A DNA stretch of 64,000 nt from the IMG/VR virus record IMGVR_UViG_3300028392_002123; one strand, given 5' to 3'. The notes below the pieces were generated by a model that was not told where the DNA came from, searched no databases, and saw only the letters and a program-made list of their open reading frames with translations. This document shows, one piece after another, positions 47,314-56,188 of this stretch. The DNA is from a virus. Taxonomy: Duplodnaviria > Caudoviricetes. The stretch's first letter is position 1, and the number at the start of each line of letters is the position of its first letter. A program made the position numbers and the translations under genes.

Positions 47314-47740
47314 ATTCGTAGTTCACTGTTTCAGTGTTTTCTCTATGTACCACAGCACCATTACGCAAATGAAATTTTCTCGCAGTATCTGTTCTAGGAC
47401 TCAGTGTTATAAATCTACTTATACCGGGTCGAGTTTGTTTTATATGTTTTACTGCATCAAAAATTAACTGTCTACCCGAGCCTGGCTTATAACTCCATAT
47501 GGTGTAGAATACTGCTATATTGGGTTCTTCAGATTCTTCAAACAATTCTAATTCATTGCTGGGAATACTACCCTGATAACTAACACAGGTAATCGCTTTT
47601 GCTTTATGTTCGTCATCACGTAGAACAAAAATATCTTTGTTATTACCCACACGATCCATGTGTGCAATATGTGGTCGTACCGGATCTTCATTTAAATGAA
47701 CGACAAACTTATCGCTGAGATTTTGTACAAGATGCAACAT
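47294..47740 (-). CDS. Hypothetical protein, GNAT-like fold (tentative)
   Basis: FYTIWSYKPGSGRQL...TLSPRT.TARKFHLRNG resembles an acetyl-CoA-binding motif A/B. Confidence 0.45.
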   Translation of the reverse strand: MLHLVQNLSDKFVVHLNEDPVRPHIAHMDRVGNNKDIFVLRDDEHKAKAITCVSYQGSIPSNELELFEESEEPNIAVFYTIWSYKPGSGRQLIFDAVKHIKQTRPGISRFITLSPRTDTARKFHLRNGAVVHRENTETVNYEYVFIKE

Positions 47741-47741
47741 A

Positions 47742-48590
47742 TTAATAATGAATTCCTTCTGTGGGTATACTAGGATCAAATTCGTAATCCTCGGGAAGTT
47801 CAATAACGCTGTTTCTATCTAATAAGTCAATCATTCCTGCACCGGGTATACCTGATATACGTATCTGTCTACGACGACTTGTAACAACAGGCACTCCGTG
47901 ATAAAAATAATCATTGGTTATATAAACGGGATCATCTGCCAATTTATAATTGACCAATTCTTTGCCGTCTAGTGCCCAATACAACGGAACTCCTCCGTTG
48001 GAAATATTAATATTAAGTGTTATAAAACCTTTTGAAAAAACTTTGTTGACACCTGCACTGGACTTTCCATCATAAAGTCCCTTCATATCCCTGTGAATTG
48101 TTGCCATTCCACCAGGATCTAAATGCACACAATGCATCCAAATTATTTTTTCAAAAGGCAATGTATCTTTTATCCATTTAACTATGGCCAAATCTTTAAA
48201 TTCTTCTTTGACATTAAATGTCAAATCAAAACCTTCATTGCGTAAACTAGGCCCTGCGTATTTTCCCATGGTCAATAACAGCGGATCTGTAATTCCTTTT
48301 GCATCTAACTCAACCAAAGAAGCCATCTTCCATGCTCTTCGATTTTTTGTAATTGTTTTATATGTATTAAAGTTTCCAGGTTGTTGCCAACAATCTACTT
48401 CATCATAGGCTGAATCCGGAGCCATTTGCCAAATACTATTTAATTTCTTAGTTGCAGTCAGTCCATCACACGAATTACATATAGTAACTCCTATAGGAGC
48501 AATATATCGGTCGTACTCATCGATGAATGTATCTTGCTGATTTCCAAAGTCTACATTCAATTTGGCAAATGCAAAATTTTTAAAATACAT
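47742..48590 (-). CDS. 2OG-Fe(II) oxygenase-like protein
   Basis: IHRD...NINI...FYHGV...RRQIR. Confidence 0.55.
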   Translation of the reverse strand: MYFKNFAFAKLNVDFGNQQDTFIDEYDRYIAPIGVTICNSCDGLTATKKLNSIWQMAPDSAYDEVDCWQQPGNFNTYKTITKNRRAWKMASLVELDAKGITDPLLLTMGKYAGPSLRNEGFDLTFNVKEEFKDLAIVKWIKDTLPFEKIIWMHCVHLDPGGMATIHRDMKGLYDGKSSAGVNKVFSKGFITLNINISNGGVPLYWALDGKELVNYKLADDPVYITNDYFYHGVPVVTSRRRQIRISGIPGAGMIDLLDRNSVIELPEDYEFDPSIPTEGIHY

Positions 48591-48599
48591 GTTATCGAT

Positions 48600-48821
48600 G
48601 TTCCTGTTATTAGTTGTCCAGCTACTCGCACCACACGAGCCCTGAACTGAGCAGTTACTCTGTCCACGTATTTCTTCTTTTGGTAAAGGTTAACGTTCCT
48701 CACCCTAGGCAGTTTTCGGTATCCCATATAGCGGGACCGTAAGGTCAGGTCCTAGTGTACCCCCTAGTCTATCGTTCAAGGGACGCTCTTATTATAACGT
48801 AAAAGAGTAAACCGGGTTTCT
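48600..48821 (-). ncRNA. Candidate structured RNA downstream of tRNA-Thr
   Basis: Several nested stems in a 220 nt ORF-free stretch. Confidence 0.45.
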
Positions 48822-48897
48822 TGGTGCCCCCACCATGATTCGAACACGGGACCTACTGATTACAAATCAGTTGCTCTACCAGCTGAGCTATAAGGGC
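48822..48897 (-). tRNA. tRNA-Thr (UGU)
   Basis: Cloverleaf GCCCUUA..., loop UUUGUAA, CCA. Confidence 0.95.
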
Positions 48898-48929
48898 AAT
48901 ATTATTACTTATTTTTGCTATTCAAAATT

Positions 48930-49003
48930 TGGAGCGGGATAGCGGAATCGAACCGCTGACTTGAACTTGGAAGGATCTCGTTTTACCACTAAACTAATCC
49001 CGC
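48930..49003 (-). tRNA. tRNA-Gly (UCC)
   Basis: 74 nt, GCGGGAU..., loop CUUCCAA, CCA; anticodon stem has two mismatches. Confidence 0.85.
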
Positions 49004-49014
49004 ACTAAAAGGGA

Positions 49015-49210
49015 GAAACTACGGTTGCAGGACCTAATGCTCTTTCGAGGAAGTATCCAGGCGATGTAGTTTCAAATTTGAAACCATATAAAAACTCTCT
49101 GCGGCGCTTGAATCCACGGTAGCCCTGCTCTTCATGGCCGGTCCCGGTACATGGTCGACATTGACCGGTGTTTCGGTGTTCCACTGTAGCTACTACAGAA
49201 AGTTTTTATA
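49015..49210 (-). ncRNA. Two closed-stem candidate sRNA modules between tRNA-Leu and tRNA-Gly
   Basis: Terminal inverted repeats GAAACTAC/GTAGTTTC and TATAAAAACT/AGTTTTTATA enclosing GC-rich hairpins. Confidence 0.45.
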
Positions 49211-49294
49211 TGGTGCCCCAGAGGAGACTCGAACTCCTACACCTCTCGATAGTGGCTTCTAAGACCACCGCGTCTACCATTCCGCCACCGGGGC
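49211..49294 (-). tRNA. tRNA-Leu (UAG)
   Basis: 84 nt class II tRNA with variable arm, loop CUUAGAA, CCA. Confidence 0.95.
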
Positions 49295-49340
49295 AAATAC
49301 CAACACAAATTTTTAAAGAACAATTTTTCTACAATAACGT

Positions 49341-49369
49341 ATTATACACAGAAACAGATTTACTGTCAA
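49341..49369 (-). promoter_or_regulatory. Consensus sigma70 promoter TTGACA-N17-TATAAT driving the Leu-Gly-Thr tRNA operon
   Basis: Read directly. Confidence 0.88.
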
Positions 49370-49476
49370 TAAAACAGAATTATCATTTCTTAAAATAAAA
49401 GTATTACAGTGGAAGTCTACAAAAGAATTATTGTAGCAGTTTATTTATCTCTAGTCAATGACTAATCTTGCCAAAT

Positions 49477-50037
49477 TCAAATTAATCTTTGATTGACCAC
49501 ATCCCAATTGATGATGCGCCAAATATTTTCTAGATACTTTTTCTTGTCAGCTTGATAGTCTAGGGCCCAGGCGTGTTCCCACCAATCAATTAACAGTACA
49601 ATTCTATCTGTGTTGCCTGTGATGCTGTGGTTGGCAATGGTCTGTATACGACCTGCGCGATCTAAAAAGATCCAACCACTGCCCTGTATGGCCATGGCCT
49701 TGGCACTGACTTGATCTTTAAATTCATCAAAGCTTTTAAAATTACGAGTGATAAAGTCCTTGGAATTTCCAGTAGGTTGATTGCCGGACTTGGGTGCTTG
49801 TAGCTGTGGAAAGAATATATTGTGCAAGTCTGCACCATTCTTATTGAACTTGGCGTCACCTTCGCCTGAGTTATAACGATCTACATAGGCCTTGGCCAAG
49901 GTGCCGTAGTGATAGTCTAGGGTAGCTTCGCTCATCACGGGTGCCAAGTCTGTTCTTTTATAGGGCAGTTTGTTAAGGCTAAGAGTCAACTTAGTGCCTT
50001 CAACCACCATGATATATCTTCTAATATCGTATTGCAT
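49477..50037 (-). CDS. sod: Fe/Mn superoxide dismutase
   Basis: LPY...LAPVMSE.TLDYH, LHNIFF, GSGW, DWWEHA..LDY; four metal ligands retained. Confidence 0.9.
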   Translation of the reverse strand: MQYDIRRYIMVVEGTKLTLSLNKLPYKRTDLAPVMSEATLDYHYGTLAKAYVDRYNSGEGDAKFNKNGADLHNIFFPQLQAPKSGNQPTGNSKDFITRNFKSFDEFKDQVSAKAMAIQGSGWIFLDRAGRIQTIANHSITGNTDRIVLLIDWWEHAWALDYQADKKKYLENIWRIINWDVVNQRLI

Positions 50038-50040
50038 ATG

Positions 50041-50056
50041 ATTATTTATAAATAAT
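50041..50056. promoter_or_regulatory. Palindromic bidirectional T4 late-type promoter (ATTATTTATAAATAAT)
   Basis: Perfect 16 bp palindrome giving TATAAATA on both strands, each 5 nt before a divergent ATG. Confidence 0.75.
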
Positions 50057-50059
50057 TAC

Positions 50060-50494
50060 ATGAGATACTGGGCAGAATATGTCAAAGCCGGTTGGGAATT
50101 AGTAGTATTAGCACAAGGTACTAACAAAGTCTATTTGGATCAAGACTTGGAAGCATTTCTAGTTCATGTTGTTGCTAGAACATTTGAACGCACAGATCTA
50201 TGGACAGAGCCTGTGGCAATTAAACTAATGACTGCACAGCAGTTACCACAGTATCAAAGACAGATAGCACTGAGAAACATAGGTGAGGAATGTCTGTTCA
50301 TTGACGCTTGGCAGATCAAGCAACCACGTTGGCCAGCACCTAAATACTTTGAAGACATGGGCAAGATTGCCTTTGGCTATGCCAGCGTAGCCACTGACCC
50401 TGCAGATGATTTACTGGATGCTGCCGCGGAAAATTTCACCATGGTAAGTCGTGTGCTTAGATATACCAGAGACTTGTATCTACACAATGTCTAA
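50060..50494 (+). CDS. Hypothetical protein
   Basis: 144 aa ORF divergent from sod. Confidence 0.65.
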   Translation: MRYWAEYVKAGWELVVLAQGTNKVYLDQDLEAFLVHVVARTFERTDLWTEPVAIKLMTAQQLPQYQRQIALRNIGEECLFIDAWQIKQPRWPAPKYFEDMGKIAFGYASVATDPADDLLDAAAENFTMVSRVLRYTRDLYLHNV

Positions 50495-51229
50495 GTAATC
50501 TGATTTTTTATACTGGCTGATCAAGGCCTGCTGTTTGTATTTAGATACACTACGTTCCAGCAAATCATGATATTTTTTAATGTCGATGCCGCATTCATCA
50601 AATATTAAAACTAGTTTTCTAAATTCAGGATTGTACAAACTGCCATGTACTGTTCTCAAATTATTCCAAACAAAAGAATTTGTTTCTTCTAGTCTAGGTA
50701 TAAAAAATCTGTCATTCATTTTGCTGTCTGGTAATTTTTCCGCTGTATAAAGAGTCTGCTGGGGATTGTTGTCAAACAGCATTATTCTAAAACTACTGGG
50801 ATAATCAGTGAATTCAGTTTGATCTCTGTGCGGCCTAACTGGCCGATTACTGGACCACAGCTTTATATGTGGTACCACAGTAAAAGGAAATTCTTCCATG
50901 ACACGTTCCATGAAAAAAGGAAATAGAGTTAAAAACTCTTGTTTTGGATTTGTGGTCCAGTGATCAAATTTATTTGTATTCCCCGTGGGAAACACATCTA
51001 CTACGTCGTAGTTTGTTACACCTATCACAGGACTGGCAATATCGGCCTTGATTTTTTTATTTGGCACAGCATGGTTCGCAAACCATTGATTAATTTCTGG
51101 ATAGTTGTACACCGGCACGGCCAAGGGAACATAAGAATATTCTCCAAAAATTTCCAACTCTGCCAGTCTAGGATATTTTTCCAATTGACGGCTGCGGTTG
51201 ATGGTAAACTGAGATCGTTCTGTGATCAA
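50480..51229 (-). CDS. 2OG-Fe(II) oxygenase-like protein
   Basis: PHRD...VHGS...RK. Confidence 0.55.
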   Translation of the reverse strand: MITERSQFTINRSRQLEKYPRLAELEIFGEYSYVPLAVPVYNYPEINQWFANHAVPNKKIKADIASPVIGVTNYDVVDVFPTGNTNKFDHWTTNPKQEFLTLFPFFMERVMEEFPFTVVPHIKLWSSNRPVRPHRDQTEFTDYPSSFRIMLFDNNPQQTLYTAEKLPDSKMNDRFFIPRLEETNSFVWNNLRTVHGSLYNPEFRKLVLIFDECGIDIKKYHDLLERSVSKYKQQALISQYKKSDYLDIV

Positions 51230-51230
51230 T

Positions 51231-51437
51231 TTAACTTTTCCATTCGGAGGCCGCGGACCAGGGCTTGAGGCTGTGTTTAGCCATTAAAAATGTGCGCTCA
51301 CCGGGCTGTTTGCATACAGTGATAAACTCTACACCGTCAATATTTTTAACCTGAGTATAATTTTCACAGTACCAAACATCGCCAGTTAGATCGTTTTTTA
51401 ACAATCGTGCTCGCACGGTACTATTGTTTTTCTTCAT
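51231..51437 (-). CDS. Hypothetical protein
   Basis: Likely start ATG 51437; the longer track ORF overlaps the tRNA. Confidence 0.55.
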   Translation of the reverse strand: MKKNNSTVRARLLKNDLTGDVWYCENYTQVKNIDGVEFITVCKQPGERTFLMAKHSLKPWSAASEWKS

Positions 51438-51476
51438 AAGATAAGACAGCAATTTATAGTAATTGCCAACTATAAT

Positions 51477-51552
51477 TGGAGCGGGCGAAGAGGTTCGAAC
51501 TCTCGACATTTACCTTGGCAAGGTAATGCTCTACCAACTGAGCTACGCCCGC
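51477..51552 (-). tRNA. tRNA-Gly (GCC)
   Basis: Cloverleaf GCGGGCG..., loop UUGCCAA, CCA. Confidence 0.96.
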
Positions 51553-51627
51553 ATTTTCATATATGAAAAGATCTTTCGGAGATCTTTCCTGCGATTTATT
51601 TATATTCAATGTCAAATAAATAGATTT

Positions 51628-52272
51628 ATGCATAGTAATAAATTTAAAGAAACATTCTCCATGGAAAATGCAAAGTTGCCCGTGGGTTTTCAGGACTTAG
51701 ACAGTGATCTGGACCAAAAAGAAGTTCAGGAGTTAATTGACTATATCCACACATTAGACTTAGATTTTTTAACCATGGGCCAAGGTACACGTGGTAATCA
51801 TTTTTATGGCAGTACGTTTTTACGATTACCTGACAGGATTCTTTATGAAGATATAATTCCACAGCCAACTTGGGATAGTTTTTGGCGCTGGGCCCAATTA
51901 CCCAAGAATCCAGACCGAGAAAGAATATATGAAGAACTTAAATTTAAGCTAAGGCCAGCAATTACATCAATGTGCGAAAGTTTGTCTAAATTTACCGGTC
52001 GACGACATTTTCCCATGGGCATAGAAATAAACATTATGCCGCCTAATTCTAGAATTGAAACTCATATTGACAAACATCCTCGAGTTGAGGAAACACACAG
52101 AGTTCACTTAGTACTGGAAACTAACCCAGGCGCACGTATGTTCTGTGGACGTGAATCGCGCCACTGTCCGCAGGGCGCTGTGTTTATTTTCAATAATAAA
52201 ATGAGTCATGCTGTGATAAATGGTGACACTGATCGCAGTCATTTAGTTGTGGACTTTTTAACCTATCGTTAA
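51628..52272 (+). CDS. Aspartyl/asparaginyl beta-hydroxylase-like 2OG oxygenase
   Basis: MPPNSRIETHID...RVHLVL.TN...FIFNNKMSHAVING.TDRSHLVVD; ATG 5 nt after TAAATA. Confidence 0.72.
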   Translation: MHSNKFKETFSMENAKLPVGFQDLDSDLDQKEVQELIDYIHTLDLDFLTMGQGTRGNHFYGSTFLRLPDRILYEDIIPQPTWDSFWRWAQLPKNPDRERIYEELKFKLRPAITSMCESLSKFTGRRHFPMGIEINIMPPNSRIETHIDKHPRVEETHRVHLVLETNPGARMFCGRESRHCPQGAVFIFNNKMSHAVINGDTDRSHLVVDFLTYR

Positions 52273-52631
52273 TCTGCCTGTCTAGTTAGATAATATTTGC
52301 GTAGCTTTTCTGCGCCAAAGTGTTTGTGCATACTAGCTTCAACAGTGGCAGAATCAAAGGGCTTGCAACTAAAAACGTCTAGATAAATTTGGCCCAGGCC
52401 ATCAACAAAGTGAGCTACAATGCTGGAAGTAACAATGACCTGTACCACAGTGAATCCTGCTTTGTCTGGAAATTCACCGGCAGTATATTCGATTCTGGGT
52501 TCGCCAATGGGTTTCATATCTATGTCCTTGACCAAATTTCGAATCCAAGCGTCTACATTTTTGTAGTCCGACATTAATTCTGCGTTGCAACCGCCACAGT
52601 CAATGATTAGATGATAGCCCCAGTATTCCAT
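52269..52631 (-). CDS. speD: S-adenosylmethionine decarboxylase proenzyme
   Basis: WGYHLIID, G.TVVQVI.TSSI.AHF, YLDVFSCKPFD. Confidence 0.8.
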   Translation of the reverse strand: MEYWGYHLIIDCGGCNAELMSDYKNVDAWIRNLVKDIDMKPIGEPRIEYTAGEFPDKAGFTVVQVIVTSSIVAHFVDGLGQIYLDVFSCKPFDSATVEASMHKHFGAEKLRKYYLTRQAD

Positions 52632-52717
52632 TTTTATTCCTTTAGTTATGTATGTATATTATAGCACCTCAATTATTTATTGCCTAGGTACTAAATAATC
52701 AAAAGCAAGGAACAAGC

Positions 52718-53341
52718 GTGAGCTACTACATGAAATTAAAATTGCCGGCCGATCCATTTAAATTCGGAGCAGCCAGAGAAAGTCTAAGAAAAATCACCGG
52801 CGGATATAATATTGTCAAACCTGAGGAAATACTCAATGACCAAGTCATGGACACTTTTGCCACGTGGTCATTGACTCCAAAATTTGTCAGCTTGTTTGGC
52901 CGCAACGATCAGGACAGTAAAATAGAAGACCGCATGATACACACTGACGTGGCTATGAATCGCGACGGCGCCACGTGGCGTAAGTTAATATTTGGCATTA
53001 ATTGGGAAATAGAACAAAGCGAAAATATATTTTCTTGGTGGGACATGTCTAAATTAAAAGAATGCTGGCCCGACGAACAGCTCGGTGAATTCAGTAAATA
53101 TAAAATACTAAATGGTATACACTATGTAAATCGAGGATTTTTAGGTATACCTGACCTAGCAGTTAAACTAGATGAAACTGTGATCTCTGGACCCACTGCG
53201 GTGCGTACAGAAATTCCACATATGACCTTGTATACCAGTCCCACTTATAAAAGACTGGGAATCAGTGTAAGATTTGACGAATCTAAATTTAATTCCTGGG
53301 CGGACGTTGTTGAATTATTAAAACCCCATGAGCTATCATAA
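52718..53341 (+). CDS. 2OG-Fe(II) oxygenase-like protein
   Basis: IHTD...GINW...WW...VRTEIPH...RLGISVRF. Confidence 0.6.
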   Translation: MSYYMKLKLPADPFKFGAARESLRKITGGYNIVKPEEILNDQVMDTFATWSLTPKFVSLFGRNDQDSKIEDRMIHTDVAMNRDGATWRKLIFGINWEIEQSENIFSWWDMSKLKECWPDEQLGEFSKYKILNGIHYVNRGFLGIPDLAVKLDETVISGPTAVRTEIPHMTLYTSPTYKRLGISVRFDESKFNSWADVVELLKPHELS

Positions 53342-53972
53342 ATCACTGAACTTGCCGGCCAACCCTATAATAGATTGGTCCGCACTAAAATCTAAATTGC
53401 CAAGAAATGTGGTCATGAGCAATAAAAACTTTGCCGGCAGTTTTTCATTGCTGGACATCAATAAACATCTAACCACAGAAGTTTTAGATACACTTGGCCA
53501 TGCAGGAATTACAGTAACACATTTAGTTGTTTTTTCCAATGGCAAATCTAGGACCAATGATGTAGAAAGAATGATACACAGCGATGTTAAATGGGATAGA
53601 GAAGATAATTCTTGGAAAAGTATACATTGCGGAATTAACTGGGAATTAGAAGGCACAAATTTATGGAAATGGTGGGACATGACTGCATACCCTGCTGTCT
53701 ACCCCACAGGCCCAATGACTCCGGAAAATCATATACTGCATGGCATACACTATGAACGTAGAGGAAGGTCCGGAGTACATCCAAATGCTAGATTAATCGA
53801 ACAGGCTTATATACCCGGTCCTAGTTTGGTACGCACAGATGTGCCGCACAGCACTATATTTGGCAAGGAAGGCTATACTCCCAGAGCAGGTATTAGTCTA
53901 CGAATAGATGAAACTAATATTTCATCCTGGGAAGATGCTGTAGAATTGTTTAAACCTTTGATCAAAGAATGA
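53328..53972 (+). CDS. 2OG-Fe(II) oxygenase-like protein, tandem paralog
   Basis: IHSD...GINW...WW...VRTDVPH...RAGISLRI. Confidence 0.6.
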   Translation: MSYHKSLNLPANPIIDWSALKSKLPRNVVMSNKNFAGSFSLLDINKHLTTEVLDTLGHAGITVTHLVVFSNGKSRTNDVERMIHSDVKWDREDNSWKSIHCGINWELEGTNLWKWWDMTAYPAVYPTGPMTPENHILHGIHYERRGRSGVHPNARLIEQAYIPGPSLVRTDVPHSTIFGKEGYTPRAGISLRIDETNISSWEDAVELFKPLIKE

Positions 53973-55453
53973 ATGTAATTTTAGTCAATGGCATCTATGA
54001 CTTGATGCCCAGTAGAAGTCTTGGTCCTTACTTGCTAAGACATGTGTTAGCCAAGAATGGCTATACCTGTCAAGTAATCGATCACTGTCAGGAATTCACA
54101 GCCGACGAACTCTACGCTACTATCAAACACTTTATCACCAAGGACACAGTATGCTTGGGATTCAGTACTACATTCTGGCGCGACATAGAACGTAAGATAT
54201 GGAACAACAATGGCGGCATGCCGCCTAACTTAGACACAGCCAGTCGTAGAATTAAACAGGAATATCCCCATATTAAACTAGTGCTAGGTGGTGCAGGCAT
54301 ACGCAATGTGGGTGCCAAGGTGGATCACGTTGACGCACTGGTAGTGGGTGAAGCCGAAGACCTGTTCATTGAACTCTTAGATCACTGGACCAAAGGCACA
54401 GCAGAACCTCCACGTAAAACAAATACAACAGTGAACAAGCCCTACTACAATCAATGTATAAACAAAGATTATGATGTCAGTACCTGCGACTTTATGTGGA
54501 GTTTCAGCGACGCAATTCTGCCCGGAGAACCCCTGCCCTTGGAAACAGCCAGGGGTTGTATTTTTAAGTGCAAGTTTTGTAGTTATCCGCACTTGGGTAA
54601 AAAGAAAATGGACTACTTAAAACCCATAGAACACATACGCGAACACATGATGCACAACTATGAACGTTGGGGTACACGACACTATATCATGCTGGATGAC
54701 ACATTCAATGACAGTGAACACAAGATAGACACACTCTTGGACATGACTCGTCGATTGCCTTTTAAAATAGGCTATGTTGCTTATATTAGAGCTGACTTGG
54801 TGCATAGATTCAAAGGACAGGCGGAAAAGCTACAGGAGTCCGGACTTGAAAGCTGTTTCTTTGGACTTGAAAGTCTACACCCCCAGGCCAGTCAAGCAGT
54901 GGGCAAGGGCTGGAGTGGTCGACATGCCAGAGAATATATACCGCATTTACTGCACGACATATGGCAGGATAAGGTCAATGTGACCACAGGCTTTATTGCA
55001 GGCCTACCCGGAGAAGACGCTGACAGTTTGCTGGACACACTTAAATGGGTCAATGACAATGGCATCATGACATTCTGGTTGGGCTTGGGTATCAGCAGTC
55101 CTGCCAGCTTGGCCGCAGGCAGCATGGATGGTGTGGCCTTTTACAGTGAGTTTGAACGTAACGCTGACAAATACGGCTATAAATTTGACAGCAAAGGTTG
55201 GTGGTACAATGATCTATGGACACATCATACTGCGGAAAAGTTTGCCATGGAACGGCTTAACTATTATAGAAAACTTAAACGTATTAGCTGTTGGTTCCAT
55301 ATTCAGCTACGTGCCTTTGGCTACACAGACGACGAACTATGGGCCATTGCCGGCAGTCAACTCACACACAATGGCTTTTTAACAGATCAGACATTTCTGG
55401 ACCGCAGAGACAAATACGTGGCTGACTATAAGAAATTGTTGTTGACACTATAA
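53969..55453 (+). CDS. B12-binding-domain radical SAM protein
   Basis: N-terminal cobalamin-binding-like domain (LGFSTTF, LVLGG, VGEAE); ETARGCIFKCKFC (CxxxCxxC); DDTFND; FGLESL. Confidence 0.88.
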   Translation: MNVILVNGIYDLMPSRSLGPYLLRHVLAKNGYTCQVIDHCQEFTADELYATIKHFITKDTVCLGFSTTFWRDIERKIWNNNGGMPPNLDTASRRIKQEYPHIKLVLGGAGIRNVGAKVDHVDALVVGEAEDLFIELLDHWTKGTAEPPRKTNTTVNKPYYNQCINKDYDVSTCDFMWSFSDAILPGEPLPLETARGCIFKCKFCSYPHLGKKKMDYLKPIEHIREHMMHNYERWGTRHYIMLDDTFNDSEHKIDTLLDMTRRLPFKIGYVAYIRADLVHRFKGQAEKLQESGLESCFFGLESLHPQASQAVGKGWSGRHAREYIPHLLHDIWQDKVNVTTGFIAGLPGEDADSLLDTLKWVNDNGIMTFWLGLGISSPASLAAGSMDGVAFYSEFERNADKYGYKFDSKGWWYNDLWTHHTAEKFAMERLNYYRKLKRISCWFHIQLRAFGYTDDELWAIAGSQLTHNGFLTDQTFLDRRDKYVADYKKLLLTL

Positions 55454-56158
55454 CAAGCCCCTGCGCTGATATAAAGTTTCTAGACTACAGTCCAGGGCCA
55501 AGGCCACAACCAGTCTAAATCCCGGGCGATCAATGTCCAAACAATGAGCACAGTCTGTGCGTAAAAATGCGGCACAGTGGTTCTTATATAAACCATGTTT
55601 TGTTGTTGTAGGTTGGCCTAGGTACTGCCATTTTTCTAGATAGTCCCTGCCCTTGATGGCCAAGTATTGATAATTCCGCACACCTAGATTTTCATGATCC
55701 TGTATGCCCACCAAGGGATGACCAGGCACAACATTTTCCCACCAATGCATGGGATCATCAGGATCATATTCAATGACCACATTAAAGCGTGTTAGCACTG
55801 GCAGTCTGCGTAAAGGGTCCACTTCATCCCATTTATATCCATCAATATGCGGATATCCTGGCTGAGCTTTATTGGCATTATTGCTGAGGAACACGTCGGG
55901 CCCACAGAGTTCACTGCCCACATAATTTCTTTCAATGCCCCAGGTCGCCAAATAGTCACGTAGTTCTTCCAGGGCCCGACTGCCCTGCCATATTATTTTC
56001 TTATTAAAGAATTTGTGTTCTGCGTCTACAGTAGCGTATTTGTCATAGGCAATATACTTGTTGACAAAAGGATAATAATAAATTTGTTTAATCCATTCCA
56101 CTGCTTCAGCACTAAATTTAAAATCGCTGTGGTGATAACAATAATTTAATTCGCTCAT
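55448..56158 (-). CDS. 2OG-Fe(II) oxygenase-like protein
   Basis: PHIDG...RFN...MHWW...LRTDCAH...R. Confidence 0.55.
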   Translation of the reverse strand: MSELNYCYHHSDFKFSAEAVEWIKQIYYYPFVNKYIAYDKYATVDAEHKFFNKKIIWQGSRALEELRDYLATWGIERNYVGSELCGPDVFLSNNANKAQPGYPHIDGYKWDEVDPLRRLPVLTRFNVVIEYDPDDPMHWWENVVPGHPLVGIQDHENLGVRNYQYLAIKGRDYLEKWQYLGQPTTTKHGLYKNHCAAFLRTDCAHCLDIDRPGFRLVVALALDCSLETLYQRRGLL

Positions 56159-56188
56159 AGTCGTATTTATTATTCATAAATATTCATT

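Noticed and set aside
48807-48821. AGAAACCCGGUUUA resembling the 3' conserved region of RNase P RNA
   Set aside because: It lies at the 5' end of the element, directly after tRNA-Thr, and the matching GAGGAAAGUCC region is not present upstream.
48600-49210. HDV-like theta ribozymes at tRNA 3' ends
   Set aside because: I could not build the nested double pseudoknot (P1, P1.1, P2, P3, catalytic C) directly after any CCA; a motif search would be needed to exclude it fully.
43635-51627. Track ORFs 43635-43946, 43669-43851, 46201-46392, 49168-49398 and the N-terminal extensions of 51231-51509 and 51463-52272
   Set aside because: They overlap clear tRNA genes; better starts exist downstream where the gene is real.
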